Numbered from the stretch's first letter, positions 9,906 to 20,256 are shown. The stretch is 64,000 bases of DNA from Candidatus Caldarchaeales archaeon (GCA_039630055.1 JBCNVN010000004.1:19811-83810); one strand, 5' to 3'. A program made the numbers and translations. Notes: generated from the sequence alone by a model not told the origin.

Positions 9906-11157
9906 CTACATATGCTTCGAACGCGCTCTTGAATACTTCGAATGGAAAGGAAACTATGCCCGCGCCTATCTGGCCTACCCCTGCCTCCTTATGAGCTATA
10001 CCTGTATTGATTGTAGGGACTATCCCAGTCTTTAAAATCTTTCTGATATCTATTCCAGTAGGGGTTCCCTGAAAGTTCAGGTAAGGTATCTGGAAATACT
10101 TATGCTTAGTATAAGTAATCTCATACATCTTATTTGTTATCTCGATAGCCATCTGGACGCTTCCACCTACCCATGAGACGATCGCTGGAGCTGCTGCCAT
10201 AGCAAATCCTCCGAACCCCGCGGTCTCGGTGATCGAGCTGTCCCCTAAGTCAGGGTTAGCATCTGACTCTGAGTATCCTGGAAACCATACTCCCTTAGGG
10301 ATTGGAGCAGGAGAGGTGAACCATCTACTACCTAACCCACTAACCCATATCCCAGTCTCGGTTCCATTTCTAGACATAACCGTTACTATTGTGCTATACT
10401 TGATGTTGTGAGCGGTTAAAGTCATCGCCTTCGCAGCCGCCATCCCCAAGTTCAAAGTTGTAAAATTGTTTCCAGCTAGGAAACTGTATACTTCTCTTAT
10501 CGTCTGTATGTTGAATCCTGTGTTGATCATGTATGGGGTCATCTCTTTTAAGAGGAGGGCCGTGGCCGCGTTGTACCTATTATGGCAGTCATCACCCATC
10601 TGTAATGCTTGCGTTATGATGCTCTTCAAAGATACTCCACCTTTATCTTTTACTATCTCTCTTATCGTTGCTTGGAGGAGGGGTGCAACAGTCGACTCAA
10701 TCCATCTAAGCCTATCTATTACATCACTACTATAAGCTCCATATCTTAGAACTTTCCCTATCCCTTCATTAAAATTGGTATATGTTCTATTCCCATATTT
10801 TTTATCATATACTTCGTATATAGGCATTCTTGGAGATATGATCCCTGACATTGGTCCGACAGCATAGTGAATATGAGTAGGTTCTAGAGTGACTTGACCA
10901 GATTTAACAAGCTTCTCAGCTTCTTCGGGGGTATCCGCCCATCCCTCATATATTATAGCACCTATTACCGCACCCTTCATAGGTCCGCTGGCCTTCTCCC
11001 ATTTTAGAGGTGGACCAGCATGGAGAAGTAGATAGTCTTTCATCCCAGGTATCTTTTCTTTTGCTGTACCTACATCAACCCATACGGGATCAGACTCCAT
11101 CATTCTTTCAACAGCTTCTCTATTAGCCTTCTCAATCTCATCTTTTATCATAGACAT
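9889..11157 (-). CDS. DUF1116 protein (YlbE/AllG-like)
   Basis: LLHAGPP, AVGPMSG, QMGDDCHNR, DLGDSSITET and INTGIAHKEAGVGQIGAG. Confidence 0.92.
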   Translation of the reverse strand: MSMIKDEIEKANREAVERMMESDPVWVDVGTAKEKIPGMKDYLLLHAGPPLKWEKASGPMKGAVIGAIIYEGWADTPEEAEKLVKSGQVTLEPTHIHYAVGPMSGIISPRMPIYEVYDKKYGNRTYTNFNEGIGKVLRYGAYSSDVIDRLRWIESTVAPLLQATIREIVKDKGGVSLKSIITQALQMGDDCHNRYNAATALLLKEMTPYMINTGFNIQTIREVYSFLAGNNFTTLNLGMAAAKAMTLTAHNIKYSTIVTVMSRNGTETGIWVSGLGSRWFTSPAPIPKGVWFPGYSESDANPDLGDSSITETAGFGGFAMAAAPAIVSWVGGSVQMAIEITNKMYEITYTKHKYFQIPYLNFQGTPTGIDIRKILKTGIVPTINTGIAHKEAGVGQIGAGIVSFPFEVFKSAFEAYVDEYGI

Positions 11158-11343
11158 ATTTGATCAACTTTTTAGAAAGCTCAGCTATTAAAAAACCTTG
11201 ATCATGTAGCAATAGAGTGAAGAGTATAATAGAGAGACCCTACTAAAGCTTTTGATCTGATAGATTCTCTATATATGGAAATGTTTTAAGATTGTTCTTC
11301 GAATCCTATGGTATGGTGAAGAGTGATGGTGGGTGCTGTTATC

Positions 11344-12252
11344 ATGAAGAAGAGAGGCGAGACTTCTAGACTTCTACGTGAAGAACTGGAGAGGAAGGGG
11401 ATAATAGTTACACCCGGAGTATTCAATCCTTTATCTGCGATGCTTGCAGAGAAGATGGGGTTTAGAGCAGTATATATCTCGGGGGCAGCTATAACAGCTT
11501 CGCTCGGCCTACCGGATATCGGCTTGATAACTATGGATGAGATGGTTAGAATGGTCAAGTATATTACAGATGCTGTTGATATACCTGTTATAGTTGATGC
11601 AGATACTGGATATGGTGAGGCTTTAAACGTGGTTAGAGCTGTTGGAGAATTTGAGAAGGTAGGGGCGGCAGCTATACAGATAGAAGATCAGATTCTTCCA
11701 AAGAAGTGTGGACATCTCTCTGGTAAAAAGCTTATAGAGCCGATAGATATGGCTAAGAAGATTAGGGCTGCAGTAGATGCAAGAAAGAATCCAGATCTCG
11801 TAATTATTGCTAGAACAGATGCTAGAGGTGTGAACGGTTTTGAAGATGCTGTAGAGAGGGCGAAGATTTATCTAGAAGCTGGAGCGGACGTCATCTTTCC
11901 AGAGGCATTAGAGTCTGAAGAAGAGTTTATAGAGTTCGCTGAGAGGATAGACAGCCCCCTTCTAGCTAACATGACCGAGTTCGGCAAGTCTCCAATAATA
12001 TCCTATAAGAGATTGGAAGAGATAGGATACAAGTTCGTCATCTATCCTGTAACTTTGCTGAGGCTTGCCATGGCCGCTATCAGAGAAGGTTTAACAACCT
12101 TGATAGAAGATGGATCCCAAGAGAAGATGATCTCGAAGATGTTCACTCGGAAAGAACTGTATGAACTAATCCACTATGATGAATATGAAGATTTTGATAA
12201 AAGAGTATCTGAAGAAGTTGAGGCAAAGGTTGGTAGAGTATGGATAAGATAA
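11344..12252 (+). CDS. prpB: Methylisocitrate lyase (ICL/PEP mutase family)
   Basis: DADTGYG, IEDQILPKKCGH, IARTDA and LANMTEFGKSP; adjacent to prpD. Confidence 0.85.
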   Translation: MKKRGETSRLLREELERKGIIVTPGVFNPLSAMLAEKMGFRAVYISGAAITASLGLPDIGLITMDEMVRMVKYITDAVDIPVIVDADTGYGEALNVVRAVGEFEKVGAAAIQIEDQILPKKCGHLSGKKLIEPIDMAKKIRAAVDARKNPDLVIIARTDARGVNGFEDAVERAKIYLEAGADVIFPEALESEEEFIEFAERIDSPLLANMTEFGKSPIISYKRLEEIGYKFVIYPVTLLRLAMAAIREGLTTLIEDGSQEKMISKMFTRKELYELIHYDEYEDFDKRVSEEVEAKVGRVWIR

Positions 12253-13601
12253 CTCGAATCTTAGCAGCATATGCTTATGATATAGATTACGGGAAGCTAG
12301 CCTCGGAGACGATCCACGAGGTTAAGAGGAGGATAATAGATTCTCTCGGAGTGGCTTTTGCTGCTTACTATTCTGAGCCAGTCATCAAGAGCCGTAGACT
12401 TGCATCACTATACTCTACAGAAAGAGGTGGACGTATAATAGGCACTAGATATAGGGTTTCACCCGACTGGGCTTCATTCATAGATGGGATAATGATAAGA
12501 TACCATGATTACAATGATACGTATCTATCTAAAGAGCCTCTACATCCTAGTGATATGATCGCTGCCGCATTCGGTCTAGGAGATACATTAAATTCTTCAG
12601 GAATGGACATAATTACAAGCATAGCTATCGGCTACGAGATAGCTGTAACCCTTTGTGATGCTGGAAGCTTAAGGAGGAGAGGATGGGATCATGTAAACTT
12701 TCTAGGAATAGGTAGTAACATTCTCTCATGTAAACTTTTAGGATTAGACCTAGAAAAGATACAACATTCTCTCTCCATATATGTCGTCCCCCACGCTTCG
12801 ATGAGGCAGACTAGGGTTGGAGAACTCAGCATGTGGAAAGGGTCTGCCGCGGCGAACTCGACTAGAAACGCTGTATTCAGCGCTTTAATTGCAAGAGAAG
12901 GATTTACAGGTCCCTTCAAACCATTTGAGGGAGAGATGGGCTTCATAAAACAGCTCCTACAAGGGGATTTCGATATGAAGGCATTCACATCATTAGAGGA
13001 TAAGAAGACTCCCCTGAGGATCCTCGATACTTACATAAAGAAGTATCCGGTAGAATATCATGCTCAAACAGCTGTAGATGCAGCTTTGAAGCTGAGAGAG
13101 CAGGTTCACGTAAAAGATATAGAGAAGATCTTGATAGAGACCTTTCAGGCAGCTTACGATATTATTGGTCCTAAAGATCCTGAGAAATGGGATCCTCACA
13201 CTAAAGAGACCGCAGACCATTCTTTAATGTGGATAGTGGCCGCTACTCTAGCATGGGGAAACATTACGATCGAAAAGTATCAAGATATAAGAAATCCCCA
13301 AGTACTCTCTTTGATGAAGCTTATGGAGGTCAAGGTTGACCCAGAGATAGATGAGAAGTATCCAAGATCCTTTCCAAATAGGATAACGATAAAAACCAGA
13401 GATGGGAGGAGATTTACAGAAGAGGTAGAGTATGCTAGAGGACATCCAAAAAATCCTATGTCAGATGAAGAAGTTGAGAAAAAATTCAATGAGCTAACAG
13501 AGAATATTATTCCAAGAGATCAGAGGAGGAGATTGTTGGAAAAAATCTGGAGACTGGAAAATTACAATATAGAAGAGATCATTGATGATACAGTAATATA
13601 G
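12240..13601 (+). CDS. prpD: MmgE/PrpD 2-methylcitrate dehydratase
   Basis: RYHDYNDT, HPSD, GWDH, LSMWKG and ETADHSL. Confidence 0.88.
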   Translation: MDKITRILAAYAYDIDYGKLASETIHEVKRRIIDSLGVAFAAYYSEPVIKSRRLASLYSTERGGRIIGTRYRVSPDWASFIDGIMIRYHDYNDTYLSKEPLHPSDMIAAAFGLGDTLNSSGMDIITSIAIGYEIAVTLCDAGSLRRRGWDHVNFLGIGSNILSCKLLGLDLEKIQHSLSIYVVPHASMRQTRVGELSMWKGSAAANSTRNAVFSALIAREGFTGPFKPFEGEMGFIKQLLQGDFDMKAFTSLEDKKTPLRILDTYIKKYPVEYHAQTAVDAALKLREQVHVKDIEKILIETFQAAYDIIGPKDPEKWDPHTKETADHSLMWIVAATLAWGNITIEKYQDIRNPQVLSLMKLMEVKVDPEIDEKYPRSFPNRITIKTRDGRRFTEEVEYARGHPKNPMSDEEVEKKFNELTENIIPRDQRRRLLEKIWRLENYNIEEIIDDTVI

Positions 13602-13958
13602 ATTCTATGCTATTGAGTGATCTTAAAATAAAATATGGGATAAGCTTGAAGATACGCTGGAGAAAGAGCACATTTCTCCATTCAGATACTGTTGAGAAGT
13701 GGAAGACTCTACTTTGCTTAGATGAGAGAGTTAATTTCTCAATATTAAGAATAAGAGGTTAAGACTATAGTCGATCTTAAATTTAGTTGATGAAAATGGC
13801 CTAGTTTAAAATTTGATCAATGTGATGAGGATTCTTGACAATAGATAAAAGAAGCTTCCAGATTAGAGACGTAGACATTAAAAGAGCTCTATATTTTTTC
13901 CTGATATATGACCTATCCTTAAATACATCTTACATTTTAAGAGTGTCTGTGAGCGTGA

Positions 13959-15542
13959 ATGGGTGAGAAAGCTCATAGAACTATTGAAGAGTTGATTAAT
14001 GAACTAAACGATATGAGGAGGAAGGCTTTAATCGGTGGAGGACTGGAAGCTATAGAGAAACAGCATCAAGCTGGAAAATTAACGGCCAGAGAGAGGATTA
14101 ACATATTGTTGGACAAAGATAGCTTCATAGAATTAGATGCCTTCATGATGCATCGAGCCACCGAATTCGGGATGGATAAGAGAAAAGTTTTAGGAGATGG
14201 AATAGTTACTGGTCTCGGAAGAATAGATGGTAGATTGGTCGCTGTCTTCGCTCAAGATGCTACTTTTATGGGAGGCTCAATAGGAGAAGTACATGCCAAC
14301 AAGATCTCTAGAACACTCGACCGAGCAATGGAGCTAGGGATACCAATAATAGCTTTAAACGATTCTGGGGGTGCACGGATTCAAGAAGGTGTTACATCAC
14401 TTCATGCCATAGGAGAATATTTTGCAAGAAATGTTAGAGCGTCAGGAGTAATCCCTCAAATTACTGTAATGATGGGGCCGTGTGCAGGTGGTGCTGTATA
14501 TTCGCCAGCACTCGGAGACTTCATAATAATGGTAGAAAAGACTAGCTACATGTTTATCACGGGGCCACGAGTGGTAAAAGCCGTAATGGGTGAAGATGTT
14601 TCTTTCGAGGAGCTAGGTGGACCATACGTTCATGCACAAACTTCTGGGGTGGCTGATTTCATCGTACCAAACGATGTTGAAGCCTTGAATCTTGTGAGGA
14701 GACTGATATCCTATCTTCCATCGAATAGTCTTGAAGAGCCGCCGATAATAGACGTCGGAGACCCTGCAGATAGAATAAATGAAGAATTAAATTATATCGT
14801 ACCCTCCGATCCGAAGAAAAGCTATGACGTGAAAGAATTGATAAATCTGGTCTTTGATAAGGATAGTTTCCTAGAGGTTAAGAGAGATTTCGCACCGAAT
14901 GTTGTAGTAGGTTTTGCAAGGCTTGCCGGAATATCTGTAGGAGTTGTAGCGAACCAGCCAGCTTCACTGGCAGGCGTCCTAGATATAGATTCTTCTGATA
15001 AGATCGCTCGATTCGTAAGATTCTGCGACTGCTTTAATATCCCACTTATAACCTTCGTCGATGTTCCTGGATACCTACCTGGAACTAGACAAGAACATGG
15101 AGGAATAATCAGACATGGAGCCAAAGTAATATATGCTTATGTCGAGGCCACGGTTCCGAAGATCTCAGTCATAGTTAGGAAAGCATATGGTGGAGCCTAT
15201 ATAGCGATGTGCAGTAAAAGTTTGGGGGCTGACATGGTCTTCGCCTATCCCACTGCTGAGATAGCGGTCATGGGACCCGAGGGGGCAGTAGAAATAATAT
15301 ATAGAAAGGAGATCGATTCTGCTAAACCAGAGGAGAGGGAGGATATTATATCTAGGCTGATTAGAGAGTATAGATTAAAGTTTGCAAATCCATACATAGC
15401 TGCGAGCTATGGATACATCAACATGGTAATCGAGCCTAAGGAGACTAGACCGATGCTTGCCAAAGCTTTAAAGATGCTTATGAATGGTAAGAGAACACTT
15501 GTATCTAGGCTTCCGAAGAAACATGGAAACATGCCATTATGA
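13959..15542 (+). CDS. mmdA: Acyl-CoA carboxyltransferase (methylmalonyl-CoA decarboxylase alpha-like)
   Basis: GKLTARERI, DSGGARIQEG, GPCAGGAVYSP, RKAYGGAY and KKHGNMPL. Confidence 0.85.
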   Translation: MGEKAHRTIEELINELNDMRRKALIGGGLEAIEKQHQAGKLTARERINILLDKDSFIELDAFMMHRATEFGMDKRKVLGDGIVTGLGRIDGRLVAVFAQDATFMGGSIGEVHANKISRTLDRAMELGIPIIALNDSGGARIQEGVTSLHAIGEYFARNVRASGVIPQITVMMGPCAGGAVYSPALGDFIIMVEKTSYMFITGPRVVKAVMGEDVSFEELGGPYVHAQTSGVADFIVPNDVEALNLVRRLISYLPSNSLEEPPIIDVGDPADRINEELNYIVPSDPKKSYDVKELINLVFDKDSFLEVKRDFAPNVVVGFARLAGISVGVVANQPASLAGVLDIDSSDKIARFVRFCDCFNIPLITFVDVPGYLPGTRQEHGGIIRHGAKVIYAYVEATVPKISVIVRKAYGGAYIAMCSKSLGADMVFAYPTAEIAVMGPEGAVEIIYRKEIDSAKPEEREDIISRLIREYRLKFANPYIAASYGYINMVIEPKETRPMLAKALKMLMNGKRTLVSRLPKKHGNMPL

Positions 15543-16640
15543 TCCGAGAAACTGTGGTAGAAGAGATAGTACGACGGCTCCAGCTATGACAGATGTTATC
15601 TGACCACCTGTATTTGTTGCTATCGTATGCATCAGTATCCAGTTATCTGGATCTTCTTGACGAGCGATTAAATGAGCTGTCCTCGCGGCCATGGGGAATG
15701 CTGAGATACCTGTAGCTCCAATCAAAGGGTTTATCTTTCCTCCAGTTAGATAGTATGCTAGCTTTGCTGCTAGTAGCCCGAAAGATATGTCCGTTATGAA
15801 GGCTATGACTCCGAGCCCGAAGACCATAAGGGTTGAGAGATTTATGAATTTCTCTGCAAGCATGGTTCCACCAATACTCAAACCTAGTAATAGAGTCACA
15901 ATATTCGATAGTTCATTCTGGGCAGATTTTGACAGCCTCTCCACTACACCACACTCTTTTAAGAAGTTTCCAAACATCAAGGCCCCTATCAAAGGTAACC
16001 CTTTCGGAGCTATCAAACCTATTACGATCGTTACAATTATTGGGAAGATGACTTTTAATGTTTTAGGGTATCTTCCCGGCTTATAATACATTCGGGCTCG
16101 TCGCTCTCTTCTACTTAAAAGTAGCTTTGAGATTGGTACGAGGAGCAGCGGGGCGATAGAGATATACATGTAGGCTGAGACAGCTATAGGTCCAAGTAAA
16201 TCCTTTGCATATTTAGAGGCTACATATATTGCTGTCGGCCCATCCATGGCGCCTATTACGCCTATACTGGCGGCTCTCTCAGGTGTGAACCCTAGGGCCA
16301 AAGCTAAGGTGATTGTTAGGGGTATCCCTATCTGTGCAGGGATGGTCATAAGAAGAACCCATGGCATCTCAAAAAGGGGGCCGAAGTCTATCATGGCTCC
16401 AATACCGATGAAGATGAGGATTGGGAATATCTCTGTAAGTATACCGTAATCGTAAAGATATCTGATGAATCCTCCGACCTCCATCAACTCTCCGTATGGT
16501 ATGTTTACTAAGACTGCTCCAAACCCTATCGGGATCAAGAGTAGAGGTTCATACCCTTTCTTAACCGCTAAGTAGATGAGTACAAACCCGACAGCAATCA
16601 TAATTATATTGCCTGCATGTCCCAGTAAAAACTCCATCAT
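15537..16640 (-). CDS. mmdB: Na+-transporting decarboxylase beta subunit (OadB/MmdB family)
   Basis: YEPLLLIPIGFG, IGAMDGPT, INPLIGA.GISAFPMAAR; polytopic membrane protein. Confidence 0.92.
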   Translation of the reverse strand: MMEFLLGHAGNIIMIAVGFVLIYLAVKKGYEPLLLIPIGFGAVLVNIPYGELMEVGGFIRYLYDYGILTEIFPILIFIGIGAMIDFGPLFEMPWVLLMTIPAQIGIPLTITLALALGFTPERAASIGVIGAMDGPTAIYVASKYAKDLLGPIAVSAYMYISIAPLLLVPISKLLLSRRERRARMYYKPGRYPKTLKVIFPIIVTIVIGLIAPKGLPLIGALMFGNFLKECGVVERLSKSAQNELSNIVTLLLGLSIGGTMLAEKFINLSTLMVFGLGVIAFITDISFGLLAAKLAYYLTGGKINPLIGATGISAFPMAARTAHLIARQEDPDNWILMHTIATNTGGQITSVIAGAVVLSLLPQFLGS

Positions 16641-16649
16641 TAATCCACC

Positions 16650-17039
16650 CTACTCAATCTCTATTAAACTATCGCCTGCATTAACAGAAGCTCCTTCTTG
16701 AACATATATCCGCTTCACTCTACCAGATGTAGGAGAATATATCATATTCTCCATCTTCATACTCTCCAATACTATTACAGGATCTCCAGCTTTAACCGGA
16801 TCACCTTCCCTACATTTTATCGATACTATAGTTCCGGGGATCGGTGCCCTCACCAGACCTCGTGCTTTTACTGTCTCAACCCTTGCCTCTGGAATAGGAG
16901 TTGGAGATATTCTCTTTTCCTCTCGTTGGGTTGGAATAACTGTAGGTGGAGGTGTCATAGCTACTTCTTCTACGCCAACCTCCTCAACCTCAACTTCGAA
17001 TACTTTACCTTCTACTGTCACTCGGAACCTTCTCTTCAA
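16650..17039 (-). CDS. mmdC: Biotin carrier subunit (MmdC-like)
   Basis: LESMKMEN biotinylation motif and a Pro/Thr linker. Probable TTG start at 17039 after GGAGAGGTG; the ORF track starts at 17057. Confidence 0.88.
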   Translation of the reverse strand: MKRRFRVTVEGKVFEVEVEEVGVEEVAMTPPPTVIPTQREEKRISPTPIPEARVETVKARGLVRAPIPGTIVSIKCREGDPVKAGDPVIVLESMKMENMIYSPTSGRVKRIYVQEGASVNAGDSLIEIE

Positions 17040-17040
17040 T

Positions 17041-17373
17041 TCAATGCACCTCTCCATCCCGTAAAGAATTTAGGATACTTGAAATCTTCCATATTGATGG
17101 AGGAGTTGGTGAGCCCTCTTTTATATGAACAGTTTTTGTAGTCTGAGATAAAGATGCGATTACAGCGCTAATTCCTGCGATTACTTCAAGGCTTTCTCCG
17201 ACGATCTTCTTTACTTCGATTTCAGGTTTTTCTTTGATTTCTACCGGTCTATGATATGTGGATCGTCGAAGTAGATAGATCATTATTAGTAGGATAAGGA
17301 CCCCTCCTGATACGTATAGCAGCCAGTTCAAGGTAAAGACTAGACTTAAATCGATATAATTAGTTGAGACCAC
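17041..17373 (-). CDS. OadG/MmdD-like membrane anchor subunit
   Basis: N-terminal TM helix, a VIAGISAVIA helix and S.WK near the C-terminus; lies upstream of mmdC/mmdB. Confidence 0.65.
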   Translation of the reverse strand: MVSTNYIDLSLVFTLNWLLYVSGGVLILLIMIYLLRRSTYHRPVEIKEKPEIEVKKIVGESLEVIAGISAVIASLSQTTKTVHIKEGSPTPPSIWKISSILNSLRDGEVH

Positions 17374-17574
17374 GTAATGAATGAAAAAGACGTTCTATTT
17401 TAGTATTGCATATATTGGGATTCAATCTTCTATGTACTCATTAGAGGCGAACTTTAGCAGTCCACTTCTATTCAAGGTTCCAACATATTCAAGAGATAAT
17501 AACATAGTATATGGAAGAATAAGATTCATATATGAATTTTACATTAATACATTAATAACAATAAATGATCTTAA

Positions 17575-18342
17575 ATGTATGAAAACGTGATGGAAGAAGT
17601 AGGATTAAGAGATTCAAAGATCTATTTTTACGACGTTGTCAATTCCACTCAAGACTTAGCAAAAAGTCTCGGGTCGGTTGAAGAATTCACCGTGGTGGTA
17701 GCTAGAGAGCAACGCAGAGGTCGAGGGAGGATGGGGAGAGAATGGTACTCTCCTCTAGGTGGCCTATGGTTTACGATAATCCTATACCCTAAAACGCCTA
17801 TCTCAACTTATGCCATCCTTTCCTTATTAAGCTCATTATCGGTAGTCAGAACAATTGAAGACGTTACTGGACTTAAACCTTATATTAAGTGGCCAAATGA
17901 CGTATATTTGAATGGAAAGAAGGTTGCAGGAGTACTTGTAGAGTCAGATGTTATTGGAGAACTGATGATGAAAGCTTTTGTCGGGATAGGAGTGAACCTG
18001 AATTTTCGAATAGAATCAATACCTGAAAGACTTAGAGAAAGTGCAACAACAATCTTTGAAGAATATGGCAAGATGGTAGATACTGGAACCTTCTTATTAA
18101 AAATCCTACAAGAGTTAAAGAAGTATTATGGAGTATATAGAATCGGTTCCCATCAAAGATTAATCGAAGAGGTAAAGAGTAAGATGAACATGATTGGAAG
18201 AAAGGTCATAGTCTCTCTGGGTCATAGAGAATTGGTGGGCATGGTGAGAGACCTTGAGATGAATGGAAACCTAATCATCGAATCTTCAAATGTAAAGAAT
18301 ATTTTAAATCCCTCAGAGATCAAAAGACTAGAACTTATCTAG
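17575..18342 (+). CDS. birA: Biotin--protein ligase
   Basis: STQD, Q..GRGR.GR.WYSP, KWPND, KKVAGVL and GIGVN. Confidence 0.93.
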   Translation: MYENVMEEVGLRDSKIYFYDVVNSTQDLAKSLGSVEEFTVVVAREQRRGRGRMGREWYSPLGGLWFTIILYPKTPISTYAILSLLSSLSVVRTIEDVTGLKPYIKWPNDVYLNGKKVAGVLVESDVIGELMMKAFVGIGVNLNFRIESIPERLRESATTIFEEYGKMVDTGTFLLKILQELKKYYGVYRIGSHQRLIEEVKSKMNMIGRKVIVSLGHRELVGMVRDLEMNGNLIIESSNVKNILNPSEIKRLELI

Positions 18343-18902
18343 CTTCTAGCTCTATATACTATCTCTGAGAAATCTTTCCTCTTTAAGAGATATAGTATTA
18401 CTGCTATCTTCAGCCCGTCTCCTGGAAGAAATATTAACGCACCCATCGTTATCCCTCTACTTATTGCATCAGACAATACTATTCCAGAGAAATTTGATAA
18501 CCAGAAGATCAACCATGGAACACCAAGTCCATATATAACCAATTCAGCGATGATACAAGCGGTCAATGCCTTGATAATCCGCTTATCACTCATCGGATCA
18601 TAAAGTATACCTGTGATAGCTGCTGCTATTGGAAAAGATATTAGATATCCCGTAGTTGGACCTAAAAATGTTGTGAAACCTCCTCTAAAACCTGCGAAGA
18701 CAGGTAGGCCTGCTAAACCCATACCAAGATATATCATCTGGGATAGAAATCCAGTCTTGTATCCTCCAACTATCCCGGAAAGCATTATGAATAATGTCTG
18801 GAGGGTTATGGGAACTGGACCGATATAGAAAGCTATCTGGGCTCCGAGGAATGTAAAGACTGCAAAGATGCTTGATAAAACGATTAGACGGGTTTTAATC
18901 AT
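18339..18902 (-). CDS. bioY: Biotin transporter BioY
   Basis: PVPITLQT, GLPVFAG, GPTTGYL and FLPGD.LK. Confidence 0.93.
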   Translation of the reverse strand: MIKTRLIVLSSIFAVFTFLGAQIAFYIGPVPITLQTLFIMLSGIVGGYKTGFLSQMIYLGMGLAGLPVFAGFRGGFTTFLGPTTGYLISFPIAAAITGILYDPMSDKRIIKALTACIIAELVIYGLGVPWLIFWLSNFSGIVLSDAISRGITMGALIFLPGDGLKIAVILYLLKRKDFSEIVYRARS

Positions 18903-18918
18903 AGTTAAAAAAGGATGA

Positions 18919-19389
18919 TTATTTTTCTTTTTTAGCGACGCTCAATATTGCATCTATTATCGGTTTGTATCCTGTACATCTACAGAGAAGACCATTCAAG
19001 GCTTCTACAACTTCTTCTCTTGATGGTTTTGGATTATGATTGATGAGCCAGTGACCTACTATCAAGAACGCTGGTGTACAGAATCCGCATTGTAGTGCTC
19101 CATGCTCTATGAATGCTCTCTGTAATGGTGTTAGCTCACCATCCCTAGCCAAACCCTCAACGGTAACAATCTCAGAACCATCAACCTCAACAGCAAGAAC
19201 AAGACAAGACTTTACAGGCTCACCATCCAATAAAACTGTACATAGTCCGCAATCCCCTCTTTCGCATGCTTTCTTCGTTCCTTTCAATTTAAGCCCATCC
19301 CTAATCAACCATAAGAGTGTCTTATTTGATTCTACTTCAAAGGTCTTCTCCACCCCATTTATCTTGAAGCTTATCCTTCTTTTCTCCAA
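18919..19389 (-). CDS. Xanthine dehydrogenase-family 2Fe-2S subunit (copy 2)
   Basis: CERGDCGLC, QCGFCTP and CRCTGY. Confidence 0.93.
   Translation of the reverse strand: MEKRRISFKINGVEKTFEVESNKTLLWLIRDGLKLKGTKKACERGDCGLCTVLLDGEPVKSCLVLAVEVDGSEIVTVEGLARDGELTPLQRAFIEHGALQCGFCTPAFLIVGHWLINHNPKPSREEVVEALNGLLCRCTGYKPIIDAILSVAKKEK
19066..19216 (-). repeat. 151-bp perfect inverted repeat, copy B (partner at 6387-6537)
   Basis: Reverse complement is identical to 6387-6537. Confidence 0.95.
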
Positions 19390-20250
19390 CTAGACCACCT
19401 CCATAATCTCTTTCAACAATCTTCTCGTCAAGACTCTCACAAGGTTCAACCTATACTCTGCACTTCCTCTAACATCTGATATAGGTGAGACCCTTTCTGA
19501 AGCGGCCTGAACTGCTCTTTCTATCTTATCCTCCAATGTTCCCGGTTTTGCGAAAGCTTGTTCTGCTTCCCTAACCCTGAGAGGTGTCGGGGCCACACTA
19601 GCGTATGCTAGCCGGATCCTTATATCACCATCTTCCCTGTATCCCAATCCAGCTACTCCGACAACGGCTAGATCTTCACTCCAAACCCTCATCATCTTCA
19701 AGTATCTTCCATAGTACTTTCGAGGTGGCTCAGGTATGAATACTTCCTTCACTATCTCCCATGGTTTTAACACAGTCTTCTTAACTCCTGTAAAGAAGTT
19801 TTCTAGAGGTATCTCTCGAGAATTTTCTCTACTTATGATTCTTACTTTTGCATCTAAGACTAGAAGTGAGGGTGAACTATCTCCTGCAGGGCTAGCAGTG
19901 CATATATTTCCGACGAGAGTTGCTCTATTTCTTAAGATCACATCACCGATGGTTTTCACAGCTTCCCATAAGACTGGATATTTATTCTTGACGACCTGAG
20001 ACTCTAGTATCTTCTTAAAAGTAACTGTGGCACCAATCGTTAATCCTTCTCCCTCTTTATAATCAAGTTTATTTAATTCTTTGATCTTCTTGATGTCGAT
20101 TATGTGTTTAGCCTTCTCTAGTCTCTCCCTCAATGATACGATCAAGTCAGTGCCACCAGCAAGAATCTTCGCATCATCTGCATATCTCTCAAGAATCTCG
20201 AACAACTCTTCAAGAGTTCGTGGAGAAAAATAACTAAATCTTGGAAGCAT
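19390..20250 (-). CDS. Xanthine dehydrogenase-family FAD subunit (copy 2)
   Basis: AGGTDL, RNRATLVGNICTASPAGD and PISDVRGSAEYR. Confidence 0.93.
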   Translation of the reverse strand: MLPRFSYFSPRTLEELFEILERYADDAKILAGGTDLIVSLRERLEKAKHIIDIKKIKELNKLDYKEGEGLTIGATVTFKKILESQVVKNKYPVLWEAVKTIGDVILRNRATLVGNICTASPAGDSSPSLLVLDAKVRIISRENSREIPLENFFTGVKKTVLKPWEIVKEVFIPEPPRKYYGRYLKMMRVWSEDLAVVGVAGLGYREDGDIRIRLAYASVAPTPLRVREAEQAFAKPGTLEDKIERAVQAASERVSPISDVRGSAEYRLNLVRVLTRRLLKEIMEVV

Positions 20251-20256
20251 CTTTTC

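Noticed and set aside
13602-13958. sRNA or small gene between prpD and mmdA
   Set aside because: Box C-like TGATGA words have no properly spaced D boxes, and only short ORFs with no recognisable product are present.
17381-17590. 69-aa ORF from the track
   Set aside because: It spans the AT-rich divergent promoter region, has no motifs and overlaps birA.
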